Shown here: one piece after another, positions 35,613-47,268 of the stretch | How positions within the stretch are numbered: the first letter of the stretch is position 1 | Layout: every line of letters begins with the position of its first letter | From: Raillietiella orientalis | Taxonomy: Eukaryota | NCBI GenBank assembly: GCA_036172245.1 | Contig: JAYWIR010000033.1 | Coordinates: forward strand, 372,001-436,000 | DNA: 64,000 bases | Direction of reading: 5' to 3' | The notes under the pieces: generated by a model | The model's input: the letters and a program-made list of their open reading frames with translations, nothing else | Told to the model about the DNA's origin: nothing | The model's database searches: none | Program-made: the position numbers and the translations under genes

Positions 35613-38600
35613 TTTATCACTTGGATGCGCTGTGGCGTTTGTTAAGAACTATCCGGGAACAGGGTTCCTGACAAAGGGGAAAACAAGATACGGAGGGGGT
35701 GGGATCCCCGACACGCAGGTCGTTATGGCGAAAGTCCGGAACGAGAGGGAGGGGACCACAAATACACTTCTATAAAAAATTAAAAAAAAATATGGTGGGC
35801 AGGGGATAGGGGTCTTTGGCGAGTCCGTTCCTTCCATTCAAAACAGGAGATAGATTGCGACGATCTCTCTCCTTTCGTCCTGTGGCAGATGGGCCCACTC
35901 GGGAGCCGACGACATGCTTGTGCTGGCTAATCAGGTGGTCTGACGAAGGATGCCCAGCTTCTCCAACTCTTGGTGGGCCTTGTGGATGGAGAGAATGCAA
36001 CACACGGTTGCAATGACAGCACCCAAATACAGGCCGCCTGTCGTGAAGAAGCGGCGCATCAAGTCCCTCGCGGTGTCACCCTGGTGCAGGAGAGCGAAGG
36101 CCAGCCTCCGCCATAGTCCTTGGAGGGCACCGCACTCTAAAAGCAGGTGCGGAAGCGTTTCCACTTCCCCGCACCGCTTACAGTGTGGGGAGACCACTTC
36201 TCTGGAAACACGGTTCGTCTGCTGATTGGAGTCAAAACCCCAATACAGCAGCATGATGACGTCCTGCTTCCACGAAAGGGGGAAGACAAAAGTGTTTAAA
36301 CAGAAGGGAAGGACCACAAGTTCTTCGGAAGACACAATCGAGTGTTCGCTCCACCGAAGGAGTCCCTTCCAGATGTGGAGAGGCGTGGCGGCATCTGCCA
36401 GCTCGGAAGTCCTCCAGCCGCTAATAGGTGGTGTTGTTCCTGCAATGGTGCAGGCTACCTCCCACCTCGCCGGCTCGCAGATGTCATCTCTTGCCCTGTG
36501 GGCTAACAGTGCGTCGGCGAGGGGAGAGAGGGCTAGGCCGGTCCACTTCTCGTGGCTGCTGCAGACCTCATCCAACCTGCAATACTCGGAGAGGTGAACG
36601 CAACAAGGTTCCAGGAGGGAAACATCCTATTGCTTTGCCCAGCCATGCAACAGTTCCTGCCGCCAAGCTTGAAAGTTCGTTGGGCGGCAGGAGATCCATT
36701 CCTGTGCTGCCAGGAGCCGGTAGAGTAGTTTCAAAGGAAAACCGAAACCTGTCGTGTGGTGCTCCGTGTGCGGTGGCAGCGAAAGAAGTCCGTCTCTGCC
36801 GGTGCAGCGCCGCAGGTGCAGGCGCTCAGGAGCGCACAAAGGAGTGGACCAAAGGTTGGCGCATAGGGCCAACATTCGAAGCTGCACCTACAGTTCGATT
36901 CTCTCCAGCGTCAGGATGCCTAATCCAGCATCCCAACGCGGAGCCGCCAAGGCTTTCAGGCGGGTCCTGGACCTCGCAAGACCCCACAGAGCGTTGCTCA
37001 ACAGGCTGTGGGCTGGAGCTTCGCCGAGTAGGTGAGCCGGCAACCAAAAACAGGGGGAGCAAGAGGAAGGCAACGAAAGTGTTCCATATCGCGGCCCGCT
37101 CCGACAGGAGGAACCTGCCATGCTGGAGCGAGCTCAGCGCACTTGTAGCCTTCCGAAGGCAGTGCGACCGCACTTCCACTGGCCTGATGTTCCCCAGCGG
37201 AACGCCCAGATTTTGGGTGGACGAAGCAGTCGATATCCACAGGCGGATCCAGTCAGACTGCCCCTCCCACGCAGCACCAATAAGTGCAACCACGCTCTTG
37301 GTCCTGCTTACTCTCATGCCCGCTCCCGGGAGAATCAGCTCGAAGAAATCCTCGAGAATGGACACCGGGGTGGTCATGGGTAAAAGAAGAAGCAGGTCGT
37401 CAGCATGGGCCGATACAGACGGCGTTCCTGGACAAAGGCTCGGCAGGTTGGCCAGCGTCAGCCTGTACGTTCTCAGCACCAACTCAAAGAAGATGCTGAG
37501 GAGAAACGGGCTTAAACTGTCGCCCTGCCTGGTGCCCCTTCTCACGGGAATACCGTACACGTAGCAGCCGCTAAAAGAAATGGAGGTCAGCGCGTTGCGT
37601 CAGCAAGCGTTTAAGTACTTGAGGAGATACGCCGGGAGACCCATGCGTTCCAAGAGCTCTAATAAGAGCCCTTGGTTCACGCAATCGAACGCCTTGTGCA
37701 GGTCGACTGCGACCACCAAGGCACCAGGCGTACCCTCCTGCCGCTTCTGTCGATACCGTGTGCCTTTGGCAGCGGCCTTGGACACGGATCGGCTTTGCTG
37801 CGCTACGCGCTCCTGCAGCTGCATCCAGGTGGGGGCAAACAGGAGGTTTGCGTCTATGGACCGCCCGGACCAGCGTAAGTCTGCTCCGGGCTTACCAAGG
37901 ACTGCGCGATTTTCCCTAGCCGCGAAACCCACAGGTTAGAGAACAACTTGACGTCCAAGTTCACCATGGTGATCGGACGCTAGTTGTTGAGATGACGTGC
38001 GTCTCCACCTTTCGGCAGTAGACGCACCCTTGCTGAGCGGAAGGAATTGGGGATATCCCCCGAAACCTTCATCAACGAGGAGAGACTAAGCACCAGAGGG
38101 ACGAGTTCCGTCGAGAAGCTCTGATGGAACTCCGCGGGTAGCTCGTCCTCACCTGGTGCTTTTCGTCTCTTGAGTCCCGCGATAGCGTAGAAAATTTCCT
38201 CTGCTGTGAAAAACTTGTCGAGACATGCGCGTTTCTCTTCTCTAAGAACGGGAGTATCCTGGGACAGAAGTATCTCCGAAAAAAAATTTTCCGTAGACGC
38301 TTCCGCATATAGCGAGGAGTAATAACACCTTACGATGCGGCGAATACCAGCTGGTGTCGAGCACTCCAGACCTTTTTCGTTGAGCAAGCAAGATGCTACA
38401 GACTGCCAGACCTGGAGCTCGGCTCTCGCCTTGGATTCCGCAAGTCGCCTGACATCAGTGCGTCTGGAAAAGGTGCGCGCCTGCAGGAAATTCCTGCTGT
38501 TGGCGACCCTTTCTCCAGAACTCCGCGGAAGCCGGTGCAAGGGAAACCGTTCGCAGAACTCGCGGACTGATCTTTTTAAATGATCCCAGTCCGCGAGTTC

Positions 38601-40800
38601 GCGAATGACGAAGGTCCGGAGGAACTGACAAAGATGATCCGCCGCCTCCGAATGGCTAAGCCAGTCCGCCGGCATCCTTCAGTTTTTCAACGGAGGTCCC
38701 TTGCGTGGAGGAAGGAGCTCGAACTCCAACCTGTGATGATCAGAAAGTGCGGATGACAATCTTCCTCTTCTTATCACACGAGGGTGCAGGTTTTCATCGA
38801 GGAAGAGGTGATCCGGTGACCTTTTTATCTCAGGTACTCCGACCATCAAATTAAGAGAGCGTACTGACGCGCACATCTCGATGACCGACGTTCGTTTCCT
38901 CGGGCAGCTCCATTCGTCGGAGAGCAGGTGGACTTTGAAGTCCCCTGCGACGAGGTGCGCCACTTGGAAGCCGGAGTTGTTGAGACAGTGGCATTTCACT
39001 TCCTCGAATAGCGCAATTCTATCTTTGAGGTAGTGCGAGCCACTAGGCGCGTAGATGTTCCTCACGACGAGGTCGATGGACTCGGACCACTTGATAACAA
39101 GCTGGCCCACCCGTCCGTCCTCATCGAAGCGAACACCACGCACCGCTTCCGCCATTTTTCCTCTTACGAAGAACGCGACGCCGCACGCTCGCGCATCGCC
39201 GCACCGCCAAAGTAGCTTTCCGCCTTCGCGATCCTTGACTTCCGCTGCCTGCTCGTCGGAGATAACGTGTATCTCCTGCAGGAGCTCGAGGTCAAAGGAG
39301 CGCAGGGCGTTGGCTGCCAATCTCCTCTTCTCGTCATTCTGTAGTCCGTTCACGTTCCAACACGCGACAGACAGGCGACGAGAAGAAGCTATTCCCCGCA
39401 TTAATGCAGGGAACTTGGCGGCTTTTTGCCCGCTTTTACCGGCGAGCGGACGGTTAGCAACACTGCTGGCTTGAGATCACGGTCGCCACCGTCCTCCCTG
39501 GTGCTGCACGAATGGAACTGCTCGTCTCCGGGTAGCGTCGTTTGACGGTCCGGGGTGAGCTTTCGCTCCTTCGCGGCCTGCGCTGCGCGCCTCAGGGCCT
39601 AAGCCCGGCGCGCTTCGCCTTCCGCGCGGGTGATCCGACGTGCGGCGGTGATCTCAGACTCCGTTTCTAAGTCTGATTGAAGCGCGGTCGCTTCTTGACT
39701 CATCTGTCGTGTCGATTCGAAGGTGCTCGCGAATGGAATCGAGGACACTTATTTTTTCGAGATCACCGGAACATCGTTTCTGGCGATCGCAGCTGTCGCT
39801 CTATGCGCGACCACGGCGGTAGGCTTCGCATCGGCATAGGGAACCTTCGCGCGAGTCTTCTTCATCGCGCTACTGTTTCTTACATTGGAGAGGCTCTTGC
39901 AGTCAGGTTGCCGAGAATTTTTGGATATTTTGTTTTTCTCTCTTTCTCCACAACCTTCCACCCACCGACCGTTCCCTCGAAGCGCTCCTCGACTTGCGTG
40001 AGGGACACCTGCGGGCTTTCCTCCCTAACCGCGTGGGTCGCAGCTTTCGTAGCACACTTAATAGGCGACGAAGGCGCATCCTCCGCGGCAGTCGGGAGAT
40101 TGCTCCGTTTCTGGCTCGTTGGGGAGGATGTACCTGGTTGCAGCGCGTTTTCGTGCAACGTACCGCTGCTTTCACCGGCTTTTCTCGCCGGACCTCCAGC
40201 CGCCTTTGTGAGGTCCCCTACGGATGCCCCCGGAATGGACAGGGGGTACAAGGGGACGGTTACTGCGAAATTTTTATTCGCGTGTCCTCCTTTCGAGATG
40301 TAGCACGGTGCGACTGGTTTCACTGACCCAATTACGCAGGCAGAATTTCCGCGTTCATCTGCGAAGTCAGTGACCGTACGCGCGGAGCCCTCTAGTCCTC
40401 TTTTAATAAGCTTTCCTGCCGCGCGATTGCCTGTTGGGGCTTTCAAGCTGAGGCAGCCGACCTTGAGATCGCGTATGCACATTTTTTACTTTCAACCTTC
40501 TGCGAGTCTACCTGTTTTTTTGAGAATGCTGTTTTGTCCTCACCTTACTCTTTAGCACGCCGGAATCTAGCAGCCTCCTTTTTTTTTTTTATTTCTTGGC
40601 ACATCCTAATTCCCTGCCTGGACTCCTTACAATAGCGGCACTTCGAAGGAGGGCATCCTTTACTTCGATGCCCTTCTTTGCCGCATTGCTCGCACGCGCG
40701 AGTTTTGTCAACGTACCACAGGTGAACGACGGTGCCCTTGACCTGTAGCGTAGCAAGCAGCGTGCGGCGGTTAGGAACGGTGAATCGCGACGGCGGGCGT
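35613..40800 (-). mobile_element. Family W element W4 (ORF1 3' two-thirds, whole degenerate ORF2, 3' end)
   Basis: EN 38679-39401, linker/RT 37980-38675, 37600-37932 and 36826-37560 (HADD), finger 35931-36575. CCHC knuckles near 40600-40700. Decayed hairpin at 35613-35643. Confidence 0.88.
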
Positions 40801-40808
40801 GAGAGGAT

Positions 40809-42015
40809 GGACGTGCTTTTGTGGTGCTTCGCGTTTTTCTCGCGAGTGTTCTCGGGGTTTTTAGGTTTGAGCGGTTGTTCCTGGGCAGAGATGCTTGAGG
40901 ACGCCGCAAAGACGGCGAAGGAGGGCAAGCGAGCCTCGTCCCCCCAGCCCATGGATGTGGGGGCCATCTCCCCCACGGAATCGTCCCCCGCCCCGGCGAG
41001 GGCTTGGAGAGCGGTGGTGGCGGCGCCTGCGCCGCCCCACGCAGAGGAACAGCGGGCGTATATGGCCGACGGCTACAACCCGGCCCTACTTTATAAGGTA
41101 GGTGGCCTATACTCCCCCGCGGTCTTGCGGTCCTTCGCCGCGGAGTTTAAAAAGTAAAAAGACCCGGAGGAAGAAGTCCTCGGGCTTTCGGTTAGAAGTG
41201 GCAAGCAGCTTGTTGAGCTGAACTGCAAGTCTGCATTGATGGCTCAGCAGCTGCTCCGACTGCCGGTGACCGTGAACGGTCGAAGAATCTTCCCGTTCAC
41301 GGCGGACAACTCCATTGTTGTCCACCTCACCGGTATTACCATGCGAATGTCAAAGACCGCCGTTCGCGAGAGTCTGGAAAAGTTCAGGACGGTCCACGCG
41401 TTGTGGGCAAAACCCAATGTCCTGGGTTACACCAGGGCATTCAGTGGTTACGCCGCTGCCCGCGTGACCGTCCGCGCCGAGAGTGGGCTACCCCACAGAC
41501 TGCAGGTCGGGGAGGAGGAGGTCGACCTGTGGTATGTGGGGAAACCCATTTACTGCAGCTTTTTCCAGGTGTCGGGGCATTTAAAAAAGAAATGCCCCAA
41601 CATCGTGTGCTTGGGCTGTGGGGAAAAGGGGCACATCAGACGGATGTGCCCCAACAGGAAAAAATCCGGTCCCGTAGGCGCAAGGAAGGAAGAGACGCCG
41701 AGGGAAGAGGACAAGGGCCAGGAAATGGCCGAATTCCGCCCCCACAACCAACCAGATGCTCAGCCATCCTCTAGCGCAGAACCTGATGGAGAAAACGCCG
41801 AGAACGCGGAAGGTTGGCAAAAGGTAGAAAAGAACAAGCCCGAGAAGAAGAAGGCAAAAAAGATAAACAAGGCGGCGCCGAAAAAGCAGAAACCGGTCGT
41901 CCGCGCTTGTACGGTGAAAATCGAACGCATCTCGATCGCCAGAGCCGTAAAGAAAGTAACGGTAAAGCTGATCGATACCGTCGATCCTGAGCCGGTCGTG
42001 CCCGCAGTGACTTCA
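40809..42015 (+). mobile_element. Family X element Z, 5' part (ORF1)
   Basis: GGACGTGCTTTT start, GYNPALLYKVG, knuckles in ORF 41236-42066. Confidence 0.88.
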
Positions 42016-45000
42016 TCTCCTCCGGAGATAGTCCGAATAGCTCGCCCCAGCGTCGAATTCCGTTAGGCGGGACACTCGGCGTCGCAGCGTCCGTAAGCTG
42101 CCGAGATGTCCACGCCTCGATCTTTCGTGTCCTACCATCTATGGTGCAGGACACTGTCCATTTTCCCTGCTCTCTGCTGTTCCTGGCGTTTACTAAAAAA
42201 AGCAGCACTGGAGCAAAAGGGCTTATAAAGGCCCACAGAAACTGATCGTGAAATTGCACGATTTCCTGCAGCGTCCAGCGGGCGTGCCTTTTCAGGCAAG
42301 TGTTCTTTGTTCCTGCCGGTACATGGATCTTTTCCCAAGAGGAGACTGACTCGTGCAGCCATGCCGAGTGGTTCCCAGGAAGGCAGGAGATCCATGCGTT
42401 CTTCCGAGCCACAACGGCCATGCGACGCAGGTAAAAGCCGCAATGCGCTTGTCTGCGGTAGCGAGCCCAGAGAAACGACGAGAGTCCGCCATATCCAGAG
42501 GCACGTTGGGCCACAAGGCGTGCTGGAACGCACCAGGGCGTGTCCCACAGTTCCGCTGCAAGGGCGAGCGTTCTGAACTGTAATTGTACTTCCATGCGCT
42601 CCAGCGTAAGTAGGCCAAATCCACCGTCCTTACGTAAAGAGCATAAGTTTTTGAGTCTCACACGGGACCTCCCTTTGCCCCAAAGGACTGTCCTCAGGAG
42701 GCCCGCTGCTCTTTTTCGGACAAAATAAGGGGCGGGGCACACAAAAAGTAGAGGCGAAGGAGGGGGGCCGCAAACGCGTTCCACACCGCGGCCCCTTCCT
42801 GCAAGTAGAACTTGCTTTCTTGGAACGGACCGATCGCCAACGCTTCCTTTTAGAGACGGTCGGACCAGGCTTCTGCTGCGCAGAAGTCCCCCAACGGAAC
42901 GCCAAGGTACTTAGAGCACCTGCCCGTGGGGATCCCCAAGCGTATCCAGTCCGACCGTCCAGCCCACGGCGAGCCAACACAAGCCATGGACGACTTCGCC
43001 CTGTTCACCTGCAGGCCCGTCCCGCGGCGCAGCGACTCGAAGAATTCCTCGAGCGCACTCGCCGGGGTGGACCCGGGAAACAGCAGCAGAAGATCGTCTG
43101 CATAGGCCGACACGGCAGGCGTGCCGGCACACGAGCTCGGCAGGGTTGCCAGAGTTACCCTGTATGCCTTCAGCACCAACTCGAAGTAGATGCTGAAGAG
43201 CAAGGGGCTCAGGCTGTCACCCTGCCGTATGCCGCGGCGCACTGGCAAGCCGTACACGTGCCGGTCGCTCAAACAAATATTAATAGACGCGTTGCGCCAG
43301 CAGGAGCGCAGGTAGGACTGGAGCACGGCCGGGAAACCCATGCGTTCTAGGAGCTCCAGGAGATCCTGGTCGACGCAGTCGAATGCTTTGTGCAAATCGA
43401 CCGCGACGGCAAAGCCTCCCGCCGAGTCCATCCCACCCTCTATCCGATCTTCTTGGTCAGAGGGGAGCGCGAAGCTTCCTTGACCATCCTGAGCAACGCG
43501 TTGTCGCAACTGCCACCATGAGCTGGCGAGGAGCAGGTTGACCTCCATGGTTCGTCCGGGAACAGCGTAGGTCTGCTCAGGAATCACCACGGAAGCGGCC
43601 ACCCGCCCCAAACGCTCAGCTTACAACTTGGCATACAACTTTGCGTCTGCATTCACTACTGTGATGGGACGCCAGTTGCCAATGTTGCGTAAGTCTCCTG
43701 ACTTCGGTAGGAGGCGTACTTTTGCTGACCGGAACGAGGCGGGAACTTCGCCGTGTTCGCAAATCAGCGCACTTAACCTGAGCACCAGAGGGGCCAACTC
43801 TGGCGCGAAGCGATGGTAAAACCCCGCGGGCAGGCCGTCCTCCCCTGGTGCCTTCCTTTTCTTGAGCCTGTTGATGGCGGAGATGATCTCCGCCATCGTG
43901 AACGGTTCCGCCAATCTGGAACGGTCCTCCTCCTTGAGCGCGGGAGCACCATCCGGCAGCAGGCGCTGCGCGAAATGGCGCTCAGGTGTTAGTGGCGCGT
44001 ATAAGGAAGAATAAAACTCCCGCACTATGCGGCTTACCTGGGCTGGGCAGAAGCGTTCTTGGCCCTGATGGTCCAGCAAGCAGGCCGAGCCTGACTGCCA
44101 GGCCTGCCTCTCCGCCTCAGCCTTGAATTCAGCCAGGCGACGGACGTCGGGACGCCGGGAATAACGGCGCGCCAGGAGGTACGCCCGCTCGTTCCCGACA
44201 CCCTCACCGAAGCCCGGCGGAAGACGTTCCAGGGGAAATTGGTCGCAAAACTCACGGACTGAGCACTTCATTTCGTCCCAGTCCGCGAGCGTCTGAAGCT
44301 GGAATCCTCGCAGGAAACAGCGTAGATGTTCCGCCGCTCCTGCGAGGCGCAACCAATCACCTGGCAGGCGCCATGTTTTCAGGGGAGGGCCCTTATTGCG
44401 CGGATGTAACTCGAGGACGAGCCGTGGATGGTCGGATAGCTCTGCCGGGAGCGTTCCTCGAGTTCCCACCCGCGTGGACAGGTGATTGTCGAGGAACATG
44501 TGATCGATGTTCCGATCTCTCCCGGCATCACCGGCCAACAAGTTGCGCGCATTCATTGCTGCGCACAACTCGTTGACCAGCTGTGCTCGTCGGTTGGGCG
44601 CACCTGCCAGCAGGCGGAGATTGAAATCGCCCGCAATGAGGTGCGCCCTTCGCACGCCTGCTTCGGCCAACCAGTCTCGCCGCAGGGATTCGAAAAACGC
44701 AGTGCGTTCCTCGGCCCTGTGGCTGCCCACCGGAGCGTACAGGTTCGTGACCACGAGGTCGATCGAGTCGGACCACTTGAGAACAAGCTGCCCAACTCGA
44801 CCGTCCCCGTCGAACCGTACACTACGCAGTGAGTTTTCGACGGACGGCTTCAGCAAAAAGGCCACTCCGCAGGAGTGATCTGTTCCGTTCCTCCACAGTA
44901 GCCTGCCCCCTGCGATCCTCTCGAAATCCTGGCCTGCCTCTGCTGTGAGCACGTGGGTCTCTTGCAGTAGAGCCAGGTCGAAGTCTCGCAGTATGGCGGC

Positions 45001-45821
45001 TACGTCACGCCTCTTGCCGTCGCTGCTCAACCCGTTGACGTTCCAACAAGTAATTCGCAAGCGACGGCAGCAGGCGAGCCCTGAGATGAAGTGGCCCCCA
45101 GCGTCCTGGAACAGTGTATCCCTCCCCTTGAAATGGCAGGAGGTGGCGTTGCTGGTTTTACACTGGGGTCTACCCTACAAAGCATGCTCTTCTCACTGCA
45201 CACGGGGGGCTGTGGTTGCCAATTGCGACCGGTGCGGAGAAAAAGAGACATTTCCCCACCTTCTTATTGAGTGCAATGCTCTCCACCCTCTCTGGTATCG
45301 GCTTGCAACGATCCTAAACATTCGCGGAGGTGGCCCTAAAGAAATTTTTGGGCGCCTCTTCTTGCATTACGCCTTGTCCCCACCGGCCTCAGTAGCAGTT
45401 CTTTGCTGCATCAGAGGGGTCGTGGCGGCTTGGAACGCCACAAGAAGAAGGCGCCAGGTTAGCGGCAATGCTACATATTGGACCCGCCTCTTTGTGAGGA
45501 ACATTTGCAGGTGGCGACACCTGGGTGAACGACGGAGGCAGCTTGTGGAGATCCTGAAGAGGATCTAGAGGACCTTTCGGAGCGCAATGTGATTCCCCTC
45601 CCGCCTTCCCCCCTATCCCTCAAACATTAGTGTCCTCCCCAATTTTTACATTTTCTTTTTTGCTTTGTTTTTTATTCCCGTTCCCGCGCGCTTGAAGGAC
45701 CTTGCCGGTTGAGAACCGTGAAGAAGCAGGCTGCCTTGTGGTGAACCATCAGGCTCTCCATACGAAAATAACATGTATTTTTATTTTTTCAAATAAATGC
45801 CCCGGCATATCCGGGTGAAAA
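42016..45821. mobile_element. Family X element X4 with 5' inversion (minus 42016-45081, plus 45083-45821), 13-bp TSD
   Basis: The minus part runs from the EN start to ..SPEEMK. The plus part starts EMKWPP.. and runs to the hairpin. CGCAGTGACTTCA at 42003-42015 and 45822-45834. Confidence 0.92.
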
Positions 45822-47268
45822 CGCAGTGACTTCACCATCAGCTGACGACAATGCCGTTCCGGCATTGCCAGCAAAGGACGTCTGCGCGTTGATCGATGAA
45901 GGCGTCCCTGTCGCGCCTGCGCAAAGCGTAGGTGCGGAAAGCGAGGAGGCGGCGCGTATAGCAAACGCGACCTCCGTGCAGGCCGCGGAAGAGCTGGCAG
46001 CCATGTTACAGCAGCCTGACAAGGCCGAGAAAAAGGCCTTGAGACGACCGGCAAAGGTGAAGGGCCCGGAAAATTCCGAGTCCGAAACCGAAGCCGGTTG
46101 TTCTACTTCCACAGCCGTGCCGAAAAGGAAGGCTGGCAAGAAGACTGGTTGCCCGAGACATGTCGCCCCTCCACAGGTGGAGGAGACCATGTCCTCGGGC
46201 ACGGAGGAGGAGGCAATGTGCGTCGCGCCACGCGACCCCTCTCTGATCCGTGTCTCGGAAGCCAGCCCCATGGAAGTCGCTGTGGACGACGTGCTCCCGT
46301 GTGAGCAGCCGACCGTCGTCACGGCCGCCAGCAAGCCGCCTCCCGCAAAGGAGGAGGCCGCCTCTACCCCACAATAAACGCATCAGTGCGTGGGCTCGCC
46401 TTCTGCCGCCGCTTGCGCATCACCTGTTCGAATGTCAACGGGTTGCGCGACGACGGAAAGTGGCGAGATGTAGCCGCCATACTGCGAGATTTCGACCTGG
46501 TGCTCCTGCAAGAGACGCACGTTCTGCGACCGGGAGATGTCCAGGAAATCGAAAGAATCGCGGGAGGGCGGCTACTGTGGAGGAACGGAACGGACAACTC
46601 CTGCGGAGTGGCCTTTCTGCTAAAGCCAACCGTCGACAACTCACTGCGCAATGCACGGTTCGACGGGGATGGTCGAGTTGGGCAGCTTGTGTGCAAGTGG
46701 TCCGACTCGATCGACCTCGTAGTCACGATCCTGTACGCTCCGGTGAGCAGCCACAGGGCCGAGGAACGCACTGCGTTCTTCGGAACCTTGCGGCGAGACT
46801 GGTTGGCCGAAGCAGGCGTGCGAAGGGCGCACCTCATTGCGGGCGATTTCAATCTCCGCCTGCTGGCAGGTGCGCCCAGCGGACGAGCACAGCTGGTCAA
46901 CGAGTTGTGCGCAGCCATGCATGCGCGCAACTTGTTGGCCGGCGATACCGGGAGAGATCGGAACATCGACCACATGTTCCTCGACAACAACCTGTGCACG
47001 CCGGTGGGAACTCGAGGAACGCTCCCGGCAGAGCTGTCCGACCATCCACGGCTCGTGCTCGAGTTACATTCGCGCAATAAGGACCCTCCCCTGAAAACAT
47101 GGCGCCTGCCAGGAAACTGGTTGCGCCTCGCAGGAGCGGCGGAACATCTGCGTGCCTTCCTGCGAGGATTCCATCTTGAGACGCTCGTGGACTAGGACGA
47201 AATGAAGTGCTCAGTCCGCGAGTTTTACGACCAGTTTCCCCTGTAACGTCTCCTTCCAGGTTTCGGCG
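45822..47268 (+). mobile_element. Family X element Z, continuation (ORF1 tail and endonuclease)
   Basis: ORF 45826-46377, then EN 46386-47195, ending at PGFG. Confidence 0.88.
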
